Source of the DNA: Cladosporium halotolerans
Lineage: Eukaryota
Reading direction: 5' to 3'
Assembly (NCBI RefSeq): GCF_011745625.1
Contig: NW_027191470.1
Location: 310,001 to 374,000, forward strand
Length of the DNA: 64,000 bases
The notes under the pieces are model-generated. The model ran no database searches. It saw nothing but the letters and a program-made list of their open reading frames with translations, and was not told the origin of the DNA. Positions 46,822 through 59,743 of this stretch are shown piece after piece. The first letter of the stretch is position 1. Each line of letters opens with the position of its first letter. The translations under genes were made by a program, and so were the position numbers.

Positions 46822-49800
46822 ATGGCGGGAGAGGAACAGACGCACCGGGCGCATCGCCCGGCGAAGAAAGAGAAGGCGAAGACCTCCGGACAGCCTAACC
46901 CAAAGGCTTTTGCTTTCTCTGCTCCCGGCAAACTCGCCAAAGTCGCGGCGCGCAGCGGCGATGTCAAGGAAAAGAGATTACATGTGCCTCTGGTGGATAG
47001 ACTGCCGGAGGAGCAGCCGCCGCTCATTGTCGGCGTGGTCGGACCGCCGGGTGTTGGAAAGACGACTTTGATCAAGAGCTTGGTGAAGCGGTACACGAAG
47101 CAGACGATCTCGCAGCCGCAGGGCCCGATCACGATTGTTACAAGCAAGAAGAGGCGTCTGACCTTCTTCGAGGTGCCATCAGACAGCCTGGCCTCCGCGA
47201 TTGACACAGCAAAGGTGGTGGACATTGTCCTCCTCATGATCGACGGAAACTTTGGCTTCGAGATGGAGACCATGGAGTTCCTGAACGTGCTCTCGAGCTC
47301 CGGCATGCCCGGCAACATCTTCGGCATCCTCACACACCTGGACCTCTTCCGCAAGCAGGACGCCCTCAAAGCGCAGAAAAAGAGGCTGAAGCACCGCTTC
47401 TGGAGCGAGCTCTACCAGGGCGCGAAGCTCTTCTACCTCTCCGGCGTGATCAACGGCCGCTACCCGGACCGCGAGATCCTCAACCTCTCGCGCTTCCTCA
47501 GCGTCATGAAGAACCCGCGCCCGCTCGTCTGGCGCAACAGCCACCCCTACGCTCTCGCCGACCGCATGCTGGACCTCACGCCGCCCACCAACATCGAAAA
47601 AGACGCCAAATGCGACCGCACGATCGCCCTGTACGGCTACCTGCGCGGCACCAACTTCCCCTCGCAGGACGCGCGCGTGCACGTCCCCGGCATCGGTGAC
47701 CTGAACGTCAGCCAGATCGAGTCGCTCCCGGACCCGTGTCCCACGCCGCAGTACGAGCAGGCGCAGGAGAAGGCCGGGCTGATCAAGAAGCGCAAGCGCC
47801 TCGACCAGAAGCAGAAGGTGATCTACGCGCCCATGAGCGATGTGGGCGGTGTTTTGATGGACAAGGACGCGGTGTACATCGATGTCAAGAGCAACAATTT
47901 CGACGCGGACTCGGATGAAGAGGGCGAGAGGGGGTTTGGCGAGCAGATGATGGTTGGGTTGCAGGGAGGCAAGAAGATGCTCGGCGAGGCTGACCAGGGC
48001 ATCAGCTTGTTTGGGAAGGGCGACAGGATTCAGACTGTGGAGGATGACGAGGACGATGTTCAGGACACTGGAAGGAAGGGCCGCCGCATGCCTACGCTCG
48101 CCAATGGCGAGGAGGGCGAGGAGGGTGACTCTCCTGACGACGAGGGATTCGTGAGCGCTGATTCTGACGACGACGCCGACCTCGAGCGCTTGCAGCAGGC
48201 GCCTGAGAAATTGGGTCGATCTCGCAAGGACAAGGAGAGCAAAGATAAGGAGGTCGAGGGCGATATTGCTTTTGCCGACTCGGACAGCGATCTTGGTAGT
48301 CTCTCTTCGGTCTCTGATCAAGAATTTGACGAAGGTGAAGGAGACGAGGACGAGGACTCAGAGGACTTCGACGATGAAGACGATGGCGAGATCCGATGGA
48401 AGTCACGATTGGCAGAGCAGGCGCACGCAAGACACGGCCGCAGGCAACCATACCGGGTCGCCGAGCTTGCGCGGATGATGTACGACGACATGTTGTCTGC
48501 CGCGCAGGTCATCCGCAAATGGCGAGGGGATGATTCCGAGGAGGCAGGTGGAGATGAGGGCAACGATGACGAGGACGAGCTTTTCGAGAAGAAGCGCCCC
48601 GGCCAGAGTGACGACGAGGACCGCATGATGCCACAGTTTGACCACCAGGCGCTGGAAGACAAGTGGACCAATGAGGAGAACATTGAGGCGTTGAAGCAGC
48701 GCTTTGCGGCAAGGCAGCCTACGGGCGCCAACGCGGAAGAGCTGGGCGAAGGATTTGAAGGTTTCGATGGAGATGGAGAGGGCGGCGATGACGACGAAGG
48801 CGATGGAGAGTTCGAGGACTTGGAAACGGGTGAGGTTCATGCTGGCGGCGATGGCGAGGAGCAGGAGGCTGAAGATCTTGAGGATGAGCGTGCAAAGAAC
48901 GCACGCCGTAAGGAAGAGCTCAAGCTCCGTTTCGAAGAAGAGGACCGAGATGGATTCTTGAACCCGAAGAACGCGAACCGTGAGGCTAATGGTGAAGCCG
49001 CGGAGCGGGAGTTCGGAGAAGATGAGTGGTACGACGCCCAAAAGGCGCTGCTCCAAAAGCAACAAGACATCAACCGGAGAGAGTTCGAATCACTGGACGA
49101 AGCCTCAAGAGTTCGCGCTGAAGGCTACAAAGCTGGTACTTACGCGCGACTTGTGCTTCACAACGTCCCTGCCGAATTCATCGAGAACTACAACCCTCGC
49201 TACCCTCTGCTGGTTGGTGGCTTGCAGCCTACTGAAGAGCGCATGGGATTCGTGCAAGTTCGCATCAAGCGTCACAGATGGCACAAGAAGATCTTGAAGA
49301 CCAACGACCCTCTGATCTTCAGTTTGGGCTGGAGGCGCTTCCAGACGACACCTGTGTACAGCATCAGCGATTCGCGAACGCGGAACCGCATGCTGAAGTA
49401 CACACCAGAGCACATGCACTGCTTCGGAACCTTCTACGGCCCCCTCGCAGCGCCCAACACAGGTTTCTGCTGCGTGCAATCCTTCTCAAACAAAAACCCC
49501 GGCTTCCGCCTCGCCGCGACCGGCGTCGTCCTGAACGTCGACGAAGGCACGGAAATCGTCAAGAAGCTCAAACTCACCGGCCACCCCTACAAGATCTTCA
49601 AGAACACCGCCTTCATCAAAGACATGTTCAGCACCTCGCTCGAGATCGCCAAGTTCGAGGGCGCCTCGATCCGCACCGTCTCCGGCATCCGCGGCCAGAT
49701 CAAGAAGGCGCTCAGCAAGCCCGAGGGCCACTTCCGCGCCACCTTCGAGGACAAGGTGCTCATGAGCGACATCGTCTTCCTGCGCGCCTGGTACCCCGTG

Positions 49801-50331
49801 CGCCCGCACCGCTTCTACAACCCCGTGACCAACCTGCTCGAGCCCGGCGCCGCCGACGACTGGGCCGGCATGCGCCTGACCGGCCAGGTGCGCGCCGACG
49901 CCAACCTGCCCACGCCCAGCGAGAAGAACTCCGCCTACAGGAACATCGAGCGCCAGCAGCGCCACTTCAACCCGCTGCGCGTGCCGCGCAAACTGCAGGC
50001 CGACCTGCCCTTCAAGTCGCAGATCGTGCAGATGAAGCCGCAGAAGAAGGAGGGCTATGCGCAGAAGCGCGCGGTCGTGGCGGGCGGCGAGGACCGCAAG
50101 GCGCGCAGGCTCATGCAGCAGGTGCAGCTGCTGCGGAACGAGAAGGTGGAGAAGAGGCGCGCGAAGCAGGAGGAGCGCAAGATGCCGTACAAGGCCAAGG
50201 TGGCGGAGAACGAGGAGATGAAGAAGGCGAGGGAGAAGAGGGAGAGGGATGAGTTTTGGCGGAGGGAGGGGAAGAAGAGGGGGAGGGAGGAGAGTGGTGG
50301 TGGGGGTGGGGGAAAGAGGGCGAAGAGGTAG
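46822..50331 (+). CDS. BMS1: Ribosome biogenesis GTPase Bms1
   Basis: Motifs [20 protein letters not shown]-loop [33 protein letters not shown]; acidic middle region; C-terminal [18 protein letters not shown] and [17 protein letters not shown]. Confidence 0.98.
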   Translation: MAGEEQTHRAHRPAKKEKAKTSGQPNPKAFAFSAPGKLAKVAARSGDVKEKRLHVPLVDRLPEEQPPLIVGVVGPPGVGKTTLIKSLVKRYTKQTISQPQGPITIVTSKKRRLTFFEVPSDSLASAIDTAKVVDIVLLMIDGNFGFEMETMEFLNVLSSSGMPGNIFGILTHLDLFRKQDALKAQKKRLKHRFWSELYQGAKLFYLSGVINGRYPDREILNLSRFLSVMKNPRPLVWRNSHPYALADRMLDLTPPTNIEKDAKCDRTIALYGYLRGTNFPSQDARVHVPGIGDLNVSQIESLPDPCPTPQYEQAQEKAGLIKKRKRLDQKQKVIYAPMSDVGGVLMDKDAVYIDVKSNNFDADSDEEGERGFGEQMMVGLQGGKKMLGEADQGISLFGKGDRIQTVEDDEDDVQDTGRKGRRMPTLANGEEGEEGDSPDDEGFVSADSDDDADLERLQQAPEKLGRSRKDKESKDKEVEGDIAFADSDSDLGSLSSVSDQEFDEGEGDEDEDSEDFDDEDDGEIRWKSRLAEQAHARHGRRQPYRVAELARMMYDDMLSAAQVIRKWRGDDSEEAGGDEGNDDEDELFEKKRPGQSDDEDRMMPQFDHQALEDKWTNEENIEALKQRFAARQPTGANAEELGEGFEGFDGDGEGGDDDEGDGEFEDLETGEVHAGGDGEEQEAEDLEDERAKNARRKEELKLRFEEEDRDGFLNPKNANREANGEAAEREFGEDEWYDAQKALLQKQQDINRREFESLDEASRVRAEGYKAGTYARLVLHNVPAEFIENYNPRYPLLVGGLQPTEERMGFVQVRIKRHRWHKKILKTNDPLIFSLGWRRFQTTPVYSISDSRTRNRMLKYTPEHMHCFGTFYGPLAAPNTGFCCVQSFSNKNPGFRLAATGVVLNVDEGTEIVKKLKLTGHPYKIFKNTAFIKDMFSTSLEIAKFEGASIRTVSGIRGQIKKALSKPEGHFRATFEDKVLMSDIVFLRAWYPVRPHRFYNPVTNLLEPGAADDWAGMRLTGQVRADANLPTPSEKNSAYRNIERQQRHFNPLRVPRKLQADLPFKSQIVQMKPQKKEGYAQKRAVVAGGEDRKARRLMQQVQLLRNEKVEKRRAKQEERKMPYKAKVAENEEMKKAREKRERDEFWRREGKKRGREESGGGGGGKRAKR

Positions 50332-52395
50332 ATGTGGGAGGTCGGAGGGTTTTGAGGCATGTGGTGTGTAATTTGTGGTGTGTATCTCATATATGTATCC
50401 ATCGGGATCAAAGGTGTTCGTCACTTCTCACGCTATCATGACGGCCTCTCAACCAGCATCACAGCACTCCTACGCACCATACGACGTACACATGGCAAGG
50501 CTAGCAATCCCCTAACCAAACCCCGGAACAACACTCCGCATTGCAGCTGTATATAACCTCAGAACACCACTGCCGTATCACCGCGAAACTCCCGCGGAGG
50601 GCCAACGTCAACACCAACATCTACCAAAAGCCCAGCCAATAGTCCAAACGGGCGGCGCCCAAAACGGTTGTTTCTGTACGTGCGTTCGTTCGCCGTTGCC
50701 CATCCCTGGATCTGCACTCGCGCTCCGGAGCTGCCAACGCTCGAACAGGACGGCGCACGAGCTGGAATGCCGATTTTGGGGGTCGGTGGGTCAGGTGGTC
50801 GTCGTACGGTCTGTTCAAGGGCTGTTTTTGTGCACAATGTACAGTCATTATTCTTCAAGTCATGAGACGCGGAGAGGTTTGGGGGAGGATAAAATGCTCG
50901 CTTGGTAGGCTACCGTGCCAGATGTCGTATTTTTAACTTTGCGGACGCGCCCGGCGTTCGAGGGCTGGGTTCGCGCGAGGGGTCTGAAACTGAGACCTGC
51001 GACTACTGAGGGTCTGGGTCCGGGGACAGGGACGGACAGACAGAGGTGTGAAAGGACAAGGCGAGACGAGGCGAGACGAGACGCGGGACGTCCCGGACAC
51101 GAATGTACGAGGGATTGCCGTGCGACATCGTCTGATGGAAAGCCCTATGTACTTGACACGCGGCTTGGGGAGTGGTTATTTGCTTGGAGATTGGGAGGTG
51201 CTGGGAGGAATGCGGGCAGCCGGGTGACGTGGAGGGCGCGCGGGCGCGAGGATTCAGCCGGCGGTGGGCTGAGGATTGAGATGTACAGATGATTACCCTA
51301 CTACTGTGCCAGGAGGCGGCGTTCGGCATGCCGAGCAGGATTCTGAGGCAGGTTGGTGTTTCAGGTTGGGTGGTGGTGTAGGGGCCTCGTGGGCGCGGGT
51401 GAGCGTGCGCGCAGGGATTGGGGCGAGATGCCCTCGATGGGCCACGCGGATCCGGGTGCTGCAGTGCTGCTCTCATCGCGGCGTGGTGTGATGATGGCCG
51501 CGGTGATGATAAGCTGCGTGGATGTCGCGACTGCGGAGTGGGGGATGTGTGATTGAGTGAGGCAGGGCGGAGCTAGCGGCGGGTGAAGAAAGGGGTCGTA
51601 CCTGAGCATCTTCATCGCTGCGAGGGTGCAGACGGCTCACGGCCGAAGATGGCTCTGCACTCTCCGAGACGCTCCACAGTGGGCGGTGGTAGTGTTGGTA
51701 GTCTACCGGACGGCGGATGGCGCGCAAGCCTGCCGCCCGGCTGCCTGAGGATGGCGCGCACCGCTACCGCCCGGCTGCCTGAGCCCACTGCCGGCTGCGG
51801 CCAGGCGAGCCCGAGCCAGGGAGGCCGGGCGGGAGCTGCGTGGAGGATGCGGGAGGAGATGCTGCTGCCGGATGTTGGTAGAAATGTGTTGAACAATACT
51901 ACCTGTCGACAGCGTTCGGAGTGGGTAGTCGCAGGTGTGCATACACTACTGAATATACTGTATTATTGTGTTACTTCTATAGATAAATACTTGTACCAAC
52001 GGCTTGCGTGGCGGGCTAAGGAACAGCCTGGGGACGCTGGATCGTCGGCGCAGCAGACACCCACCGACGCCCTGCCCTCCGTCGCCCGTGGGCCGTGCCC
52101 GCATTCAGGGCTGCTGCCACTTGCGCCCTCCCGCCTCGTCTGTGCCTGTCGCTCTGCCAAAGCCATACCGCACCACCGCGCAACACAACCCTCACGTGGT
52201 GGCGCCTGCCATCTGCCCTGCACCGCAACACCCCCCCTCCTCCGCGCCCACTCCACCGCTGCACCGCCGCGACCGACCTCTCCCTGCCTGATCCTCCCCT
52301 GCATGCCCGTCTGAGGCGCGGCGTGAGGCCCCATCGCTGCCGCTGCTGCTCAAACACCTCCACCACCACCGCCGCCCACCCACACCTCACCGGCC

Positions 52396-55300
52396 ATGGA
52401 GTCGCCCGCGCCCGAGTCGCCCATGGAGGGCGAGGACGCCATCTACCCGTGCAAGGGCTGCGGCGAGGTATGTCCTCTCTCTGCCCTTACTTCCGCCGCA
52501 ATACCTCGCTGACATTGGCCTGCGCAGATCCTGGAGGAAGGAAAGGCTTTCGAGCTGGGTTCGTATCTCCACTCCCGACCGCACGCGAAAAGCCGCCATC
52601 TAACACTTCCACAGCCGGCAACAGATGGCACATTGACTGCTTCCGATGCAACACCTGCGGCACCCTGCTCGACTCCGACGCCAACCTGCTCCTCCTCGGC
52701 GACGGCTCCCTCATCTGCAACAACTGCACCTACAGCTGCAATGCCTGCGGGAACAAGATCGAGGACCTCGCCATCCTCACCGGCGACCAGGCCTTCTGCG
52801 CCAGCTGCTTCCGCTGTCGCAATTGCAAAAGGAAAATTGAGAATTTGCGTTATGCGCGCACTTCGCAGGGCATCTTTTGCATGAGCTGCCACGAGAGTCT
52901 GATGGCACGACGGCGAAAGAAAGCAAAGGGGACAAAATCAGCCACAAGCGGTACCAATGGCCCCGGGTCGACGACCACCGTGGAGAAGGCTCTGCCCTCA
53001 CTGCCACCCGGAGCTGCCACCGAGAGTGCCTTCTCCCCTGAGCTTGAGACGCCGCCCGCGGAGCAGTTTTCGGCCACGCCGAGCGGTCGGCGACCTTCTG
53101 CGCAGAGGACACTGCGCTCTGAAAAGGATACCCCGGCGAGTAGCTTCAGAAGAGATGTTTCGCCTCTTTCGGACGAGGCGCGCAAAGGTGGGTTCACATG
53201 CGCTCAGTGGCTGAAACTGTTCCTGAAGACGGCTGACACACTTCCACAGATGGCCCTACCCTGCCCGCGAGTACTTACAAAGAAGGCCGCGGTTCGCGCA
53301 TGTCCTCGCTCTCGGATGACGGCGAGAACGAGGGCTTCCTCCCGATGGCGTTCGACCCCAACCCCGCTCCGCGACCGTCTGTTATCCCCCGAAAACGAGT
53401 ACCTAATCCCAACGACGCATCACCTGCCGAACCGCCGCCGCCGAGAGACTACTTTACTGGTAGGACGACTTCGAAACCGCACAGAGACGTTTTGCGCGAG
53501 GATCGGCCATCTTCTTCAAGATCCGTCTCCACAGAGCGCGAAGGCAGTCATGCTCCGCAGCTCTCTAGTCAAGCGAAGGGTAGTCCGCACATCGCATATC
53601 AAGAGAAGGGACGACCGCAGAAGCGCGTCACGTCTGGACAGAACACCCCGTTGTCGTCGGCTTCTCCGGCTGTGGGAGGCGCTCAACAAGAAAGGCCGGA
53701 GCGCCCGAAGATGCAGACGCTTGACACCAGCTCCTACACGCTAGGACGAAATGAGGGATTCAAGCTTCAAGACGTACCCAAAACGAAGAAGTCGCGGAGC
53801 GACTCGAGCAAGGAGAACAAATCGCCAAGCCTCGTCTCACCGATTGATGCGGACGACAAGGACCGCCATCTGGACCGGACGATATCCGCATCGCCTGTTT
53901 CTGCAGAATCGCCGCAGTCAGGCATCAATCCATTCGATGACCCTAGACGAAAGGAAGGACACCCTTCAGCTCAAGCGCCTGCGCTGTCGAGATTTCCAGA
54001 CAGGCCGGCCCGTGGAGACTCGCTCGCTGCGTCCTCTTTGAAACCAAGCTCAATACGCTCCTCCCCAGAACCACCCACCCCGACCACCAATGCGACATCT
54101 CTGAAGCCATCACATGGACGCCAGGAATCTGCATCTTCAGTACCAGGCTCATTCGTTGATGCCCAGAGCACAATATCCCGCGACAACAGCCGTTCCAAGG
54201 CGATAGAGTCCCCTCCTGTTCGTAGCAGCTTTGATGCGATCCCACCGAGAGCGAGCAGCCGACCTTCTGCGCCGAGCAAATCGGTTGGCAATAATGGCGA
54301 TTTCATTGCGCCGCGATTGCCTCCTCCGCCGCCTCCGGCCAGCTCGCACAGAGCACAGGAATCTATCAGCAGCATTCAAGATACGAAGTCTGACGGTCAG
54401 CTCTCTCCTGCTCTGCGAAGCGCCGGATTGCCGAAGCACAGCGCGGATGGCTCGTTTTCAATGGAGGAAGAGATGACACGGATTTTGCGAGGAGACAAGC
54501 CAAGTGGTGACCGAGGAGAGGCTTCCATGCTGCGACGGGTGTCGAATGCTGTCAAGCACGGCCGCAGCTTCAGTGACAGAGGCGTCCCCAAGAACGGCGC
54601 GCCCATAGAGCCTGCATTGACCACACCGATGATGATCAGCAGTCCGATCATGAGCTCGCCTTCTGCGAAGGAAACGCCAGAGTCCATGCGGGCGTCACTG
54701 AGGCGTGCGCAGGCGAAGATCGCCGAGCTCGAAACGCAGAACAGCGCGCTGGAGGAGAGAGTCAGCGGCTCGTCGGACATCAAGCAGGTGAACAGCGAAC
54801 TGCGCGAGAAGCGCACGACGATGGCGTTCCTCGACACCCAGAGGGAGATGGTCGTTCGGGAGTTGGAGGTCATGACCGATCATCTGGGTAAGGTCAAGGA
54901 CAAAAACCAGCCACTGGATCTGCCTGCGCTCAAGGATTCGATCTTCCGTGAATTGTCGGAGTCCCTGCAGAAGCTGAAGGATCATATGGGTGGCCAGATT
55001 GAAGATCTCATTCGCAAGCGTACGGAGCTTACGGACGAAATCGGCAACTTGATTCAGATGAAGGACAGAGGATTCCAGGAGTTCGAGTCGCTATCGACCA
55101 AGAACGCGCAGCTGGTGGAGATGAATAACAGCCTGCTGCAGAACATCCAGGACCTCTACAAGTCGAACCGCGGAGCTGATGGCAAGGGCGGCGCGAACGG
55201 CCTGGGCATCTACCAGCCCGGCGCAAAGGGAGAGAAGCAGGATGTGCATGAGATGCGCAACCTCAACATCGTCCACACCGACGGCTCCATGCCCCACCTT

Positions 55301-56380
55301 CTCCACGAGACGGAGGCGGAACCGGCAACCGTGCTGACGGCACCCCAAGTTGTCAACATACGCAAGGGGCAGCCGAAGAAATTCAATTGGCGCAAGGGAG
55401 GCGAGAAGATGGCCAAAAACGTTACAAAGGGCCTCAAGGGCGCCTTCGCGACCGACCGCGTCCAGACCAGGGAAGGTCTCGAGATCGGCACTCCCTACGG
55501 CATGACGCAGCAGGCAGTGGGAGGCGGCGAGGCGGGCTCGTTCAACGCCAAGCAAGGCGCGCCCGGCACAGGAGCAGGGTTTGGATTCTTCGGGCAGAAG
55601 AATGGAGGCTTGAAGAACGGACAGCTGGCCGGCGGCAAGAACAGCAGCAGCACGAACCTGGCGGCGCCGTCGAACGATCCTTCTGGTAAGTCAGGGACAT
55701 CTCTGCCCCCTCAACGTCTCTCCGAACATGCGCTAATGTCGACTCCAGTCCTCTTCGGCACCGACCTCGAGCTCCGCTGCGAGTTCGAAAAGCGCCTCAT
55801 CCCCGCCATCGTGACCCGCTGCATCGAAGAGGTCGAAGAGCGCGGCATGGACATGGAGGGCGTCTACCGCAAGTCCGGCGGCAGCGGGCAGGTGAAAGCG
55901 ATCCAGGCGGGCTTCGAAAAGGAGCCCAGCAGCTACGACATCTCGGACGAGGACCTCGACATCCACGCCGTCACCAGCGCCCTCAAGCAGTACTTCCGCA
56001 AGCTGCCCACGCCCCTCATCACCTACGACGTCTACGACTCGCTGCTCGAGGCCGGCGCGCTGTCCAACATCGAGGGCAGCGAGAGCGGCCCCAACCGCGA
56101 AAAGCAAACCCTCGCCCTCCGCAGCGCCGTCAACGACTTGCCGGAGCACCACCGCAACTGCCTCGAGTTCCTCTGCCACCACCTGCGCCGCGTCATGGCG
56201 CGCCAGGACAAGAACCTCATGACCTCGCTGAACCTGGCCGTCGTCTTCGCGCCGACGATTATGCGGCCGAGCAGCATCGAGCGCGAGATGAGCGATATGC
56301 TGGCGCAGCGGACGGCGGTGCAGGCGCTGCTGGAGCTGGGGGAGGGAGTTTTCGGGGAGGAGAGTGATGAGGAGGAGTAG
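52396..56380 (+). CDS. LIM-domain Rho GTPase-activating protein (Rga-type), 5 exons
   Basis: Exons 52396..52467, 52528..52558, 52615..53187, 53250..55685 and 55749..56380, all in frame. Two LIM domains (CKGC...WHIDCFRCNTC; CNAC...CASCFRCRNC), a coiled coil, and a RhoGAP domain (RGMDMEGVYRKSG, LKQYFRKLP, NLMTSLNLAVVFAPTIM). Confidence 0.93.
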
Positions 56381-57707
56381 AGAGAGGGAGTTGCATGTTT
56401 TCTTCTTTTCCTTTTTATTTGGGTTTTGGGGCTTTTGAGCGGCATTGCGTGCGGCGGGGAGTGGCACGTGGGATTCCTCACTTTTTCCTCTTGCTTTTCT
56501 TTTTTTTTTTTCTATCTCTTCTTTTTCTTTCCGTCTCAGATGGAGATGCCCATCCGCGGCCGTTCTGCTTTTCCCTTTTCCCTTTTTTTTCTCCTCTCAG
56601 AAGCGGAGGGAGGAAGGAAAGACCCCGCGACCCGCCGCCACCACCTCTCCCCCAAAAGAGCCGGGCCACTACTGGTCGATTGTTGGATGAGATCAACGGA
56701 AGAGAATGGCGCGGCGGGCCGGGTCTGTGGTTGAAAGGACTTTTTTCTGGGGGGTTTCGGGACTGATTGATTGACTGGCTTTGTGTACGAGAGATGGGGA
56801 TGGGACGCGTGCGTCCTCGGACGAGAATGCAAGCAGGATGGGGTCTATCTTAGGGGGGGAGGGCCAGACAGACAGACGAAGAGTGGACGAGGCAATACAT
56901 CGATGTTGAATCTTTTTTCTTGACAATCTTGCGCCGGTGTTCTGCTGTGATTGTGTTGTTCGTGTTCGGATACTGGAGCGTTTTTGCAGAGATGGGCGTT
57001 CCTTTCGCTGACTAGCTGCCATTCCATCGAGCCCGTACAACTTTCTCGCCTCGCTCCAGTTAGTCCGCTCTTGTTGAGGATTGATACAACAAAATCAGCG
57101 CTGTGAGCTGCACTTGGTGTGTCCCATGTAGCAGTAGGGTTGGACACCTGAGGCATCCATCCTGTCAGTAAGTGAAGTCCGGAAATTGTGGGTAAAACGC
57201 TCGCGGATCAGACCGTCGGTGATGGCCTGAAGTGACCATCACGACAACAGGGATTACGGAAGAGATACGATAATTCTAATATCCAATACTCGTCTTCCGA
57301 CCTAAAGACGTCCAAGCTTTCCTGTCGCGTTCTCCCAAGACAACGATAAGCTCACGGCAGGGATGGGGGGAAGAAGCGGGGTCGACTTGGGGGTAGAAGC
57401 TTGACTCGCGCCTCGCTAGCGGTGTCACGGTCGCTCGACCTCTTTCCTCTATTGGTCGATAACCTCGATACTACTGTGACGGACGGGCGTGGCTAGAGCA
57501 GAGATAGCACGCTGGCGGGTGGAGATGTCGCGTGGCCCGGATGCGACCTCAGAGGGCGCCGTGTCGTACGGCACTTTTGTTGAGACGGTGAGCTGTGTCT
57601 TGTTTTCTTGCGATGCACTTCTGCTGATTGAGTAGGCTTTGACGAACGACGCGACAAGAGACGTACATGGGCAGTGTGTGAAGCGAGACCGCAAGTCTTC
57701 GTCTAGA

Positions 57708-59523
57708 ATGGGTTCGAGCGATGAAGAGCGCCATGAATCGGTTGCGAAGGTCGGCGGCGTGACGATTGGGTCTTTTGCTGGCGAGGAAGCACGTCAGGGA
57801 ACCGATCACGAACATAGTCTGTCTCTGTTCGAGGCATTGAAGCTATACCCGACCGCGGTCGGCTGGTCGATTTATTTCTCACTTGGAGTATGCTCCCATC
57901 ACATATCAAGTTTACTGGGCTCACGCTGATCGAGGTGCAACAGGTTATTATGGCAAGGTAAGGCACTAATCCTGGCTGGACTGTATGTTACCATGTCACG
58001 TTCTAACTTGACGAAGCTTCGATCCACAACTGCTCGGCAATCTCTATGCTACACCTGCTTTCCAAAGGGACTTCGGATACCAATACAACGGCGAATGGAT
58101 CATATCGGCGCCCTGGCAAACGGCTCTCTCAATGGGCAGCCCCATCGGCCAAGTCGTCGGCGCCTTCTTCGCCTCATACCCCATGGAATGGTTCGGGCGA
58201 AAGAAGACTTTCGGCGCCTGCGTCGTCATCACAGCAAGCTTCGTCTTCATCCAGTTCTTCGCCAGGTCGCTGCCCGTCCTACTCGCAGGAGAACTACTAG
58301 GCGGCCTCGTGCTAGGCTTCTACATCGTCGTCGCCCCCGCTTACGCGTCTGAGGTTTGCCCTGTTGCGCTGCGAGGCATCCTGACGTCCTGGATCAATCT
58401 CAGCTTCGTCACGGGCCAGTTGATCGCCAACGGTGTCATTGCTGGCACGTCGAAGCTCGACAACCACTGGGCGTACTCGGCACCTTTCGCGGCGCAGTGG
58501 TTCTGGCCGCTTGTCATTTTGATCATCTGGCCTTTTGCTCCGGAGTCTCCGTACTGGCTTGTCCGCAAAGGTCGGATGGACGACGCTGAGCGTTCTCTGC
58601 GTCGTCTTGCGTCGGAGAAGATCGATCCGAAGCCTACGCTTGCTATGATTGTCGAGACTGATCGGCTGGAGCATGAGATGGAGGCGGGGAGCACGTATCG
58701 AGACTGTTTCAAAGCTATCAATCTCAGGCGGACTGAGATTAGCGTTGGCGTTTACACTATCCAAGGGTATGCTGATCAGTGACAATGATGCAGTGACCTG
58801 GCTAACGATGTGATAGTGATCCGACTCATGCCTCGCCCCCACAATCCATAAACCAATATCCAAGGACCCCGTTCCATGCTAACCAAACTCCCACCCCTAG
58901 TCTTCTCCGGCATCTACCTCGTCGGCTACGCAACCTACTTCTTCGAACTCGCCGGCCTCGCCACCTCCCACGCCTTCGCCATGGGCGTCGGCTTCCTCGC
59001 CCTCGGCTTCCTCGGCACCTGCTGCTCCTGGATCCTGCTGAGCTACTTCGGCCGCCGCCGCATCTACAACACCGGGCTCGCCGCGCTCATCACCCTGCTC
59101 TTCATCATCGGCATCCTCGACTGCATGCCCCACTACTCCTCCAACCCCGCGCTGGCCTGGGCGCAGAGCAGCCTGATGCTGCTGTGGAACTTCACGTACG
59201 ACCTGTCCGTCGGCCCCGTGTGCTTCGTGCTGATCTGCGAGACGAGCGCGACGCGCGTGCGCAGCAAGACGATCGCGCTGGCGACGGCGGCGCAGGCGGT
59301 CGTCGCGATCGGGATGACGGTTGCGATTCCGTACTTGATCAACCCGGACCAGGCGAACGGGAGGGGCAAGATTGGGTTCTTTTTCGGTGGGCTTTCGCTG
59401 GTGTCGTTGCTGTGGGCTTGGTTTAGGGTGCCGGAGACGAAGGGGAGGACGTATGAGGAGTTGGACATCATGTTTTCGAGGGGTGTTGAGACGAGGGCGT
59501 TTAAGGATTATCGAGTTGAGTGA
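57708..59523 (+). CDS. MFS sugar porter, maltose/alpha-glucoside permease-like, 4 exons
   Basis: Exons 57708..57887, 57944..57957, 58017..58765 and 58901..59523. Motifs WFGRKK, YASEVCPVALRG, PESPYWL, FGRRRIY and PETKGRTYEELD. The third intervening sequence (58766..58900) needs two-step splicing, as described in findings. Confidence 0.92.
58766..58900 (+). other. Putative [D1,2] spliceosomal twin intron (stwintron)
   Basis: An internal intron 58767..58816 (GTATGC...GCTAAC...TAG) splits the external donor G|TGATC. The external branch point GCTAAC is at 58878..58883 and the acceptor TAG at 58898..58900. Only this route restores the reading frame. Confidence 0.8.
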
Positions 59524-59743
59524 AGCGGATGCATGAAGTATAGCTGTCGCCTTTTTGAGTGGATGATGATAAAATCGATTGTGAAGAATGCCATGTGGTA
59601 TGCGCTCCTATGCGCCGGTGTCATAATGCAAGAACCTCCTGCCCATGCCTCAACGCCGACTAATGCCAAAAATGAATGTAGTCTTGACCAGAACCATTCG
59701 CATGGCACATCCTAAGCTCAGGTAGCCAGCCTGGAATGCATGC

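Noticed and set aside
58767..58900. A single conventional intron, or a frameshifted pseudogene, in the sugar transporter
   Set aside because: A single intron shifts the frame, yet both flanking exons are otherwise intact. A second branch point and acceptor explain the frame exactly through two-step splicing.
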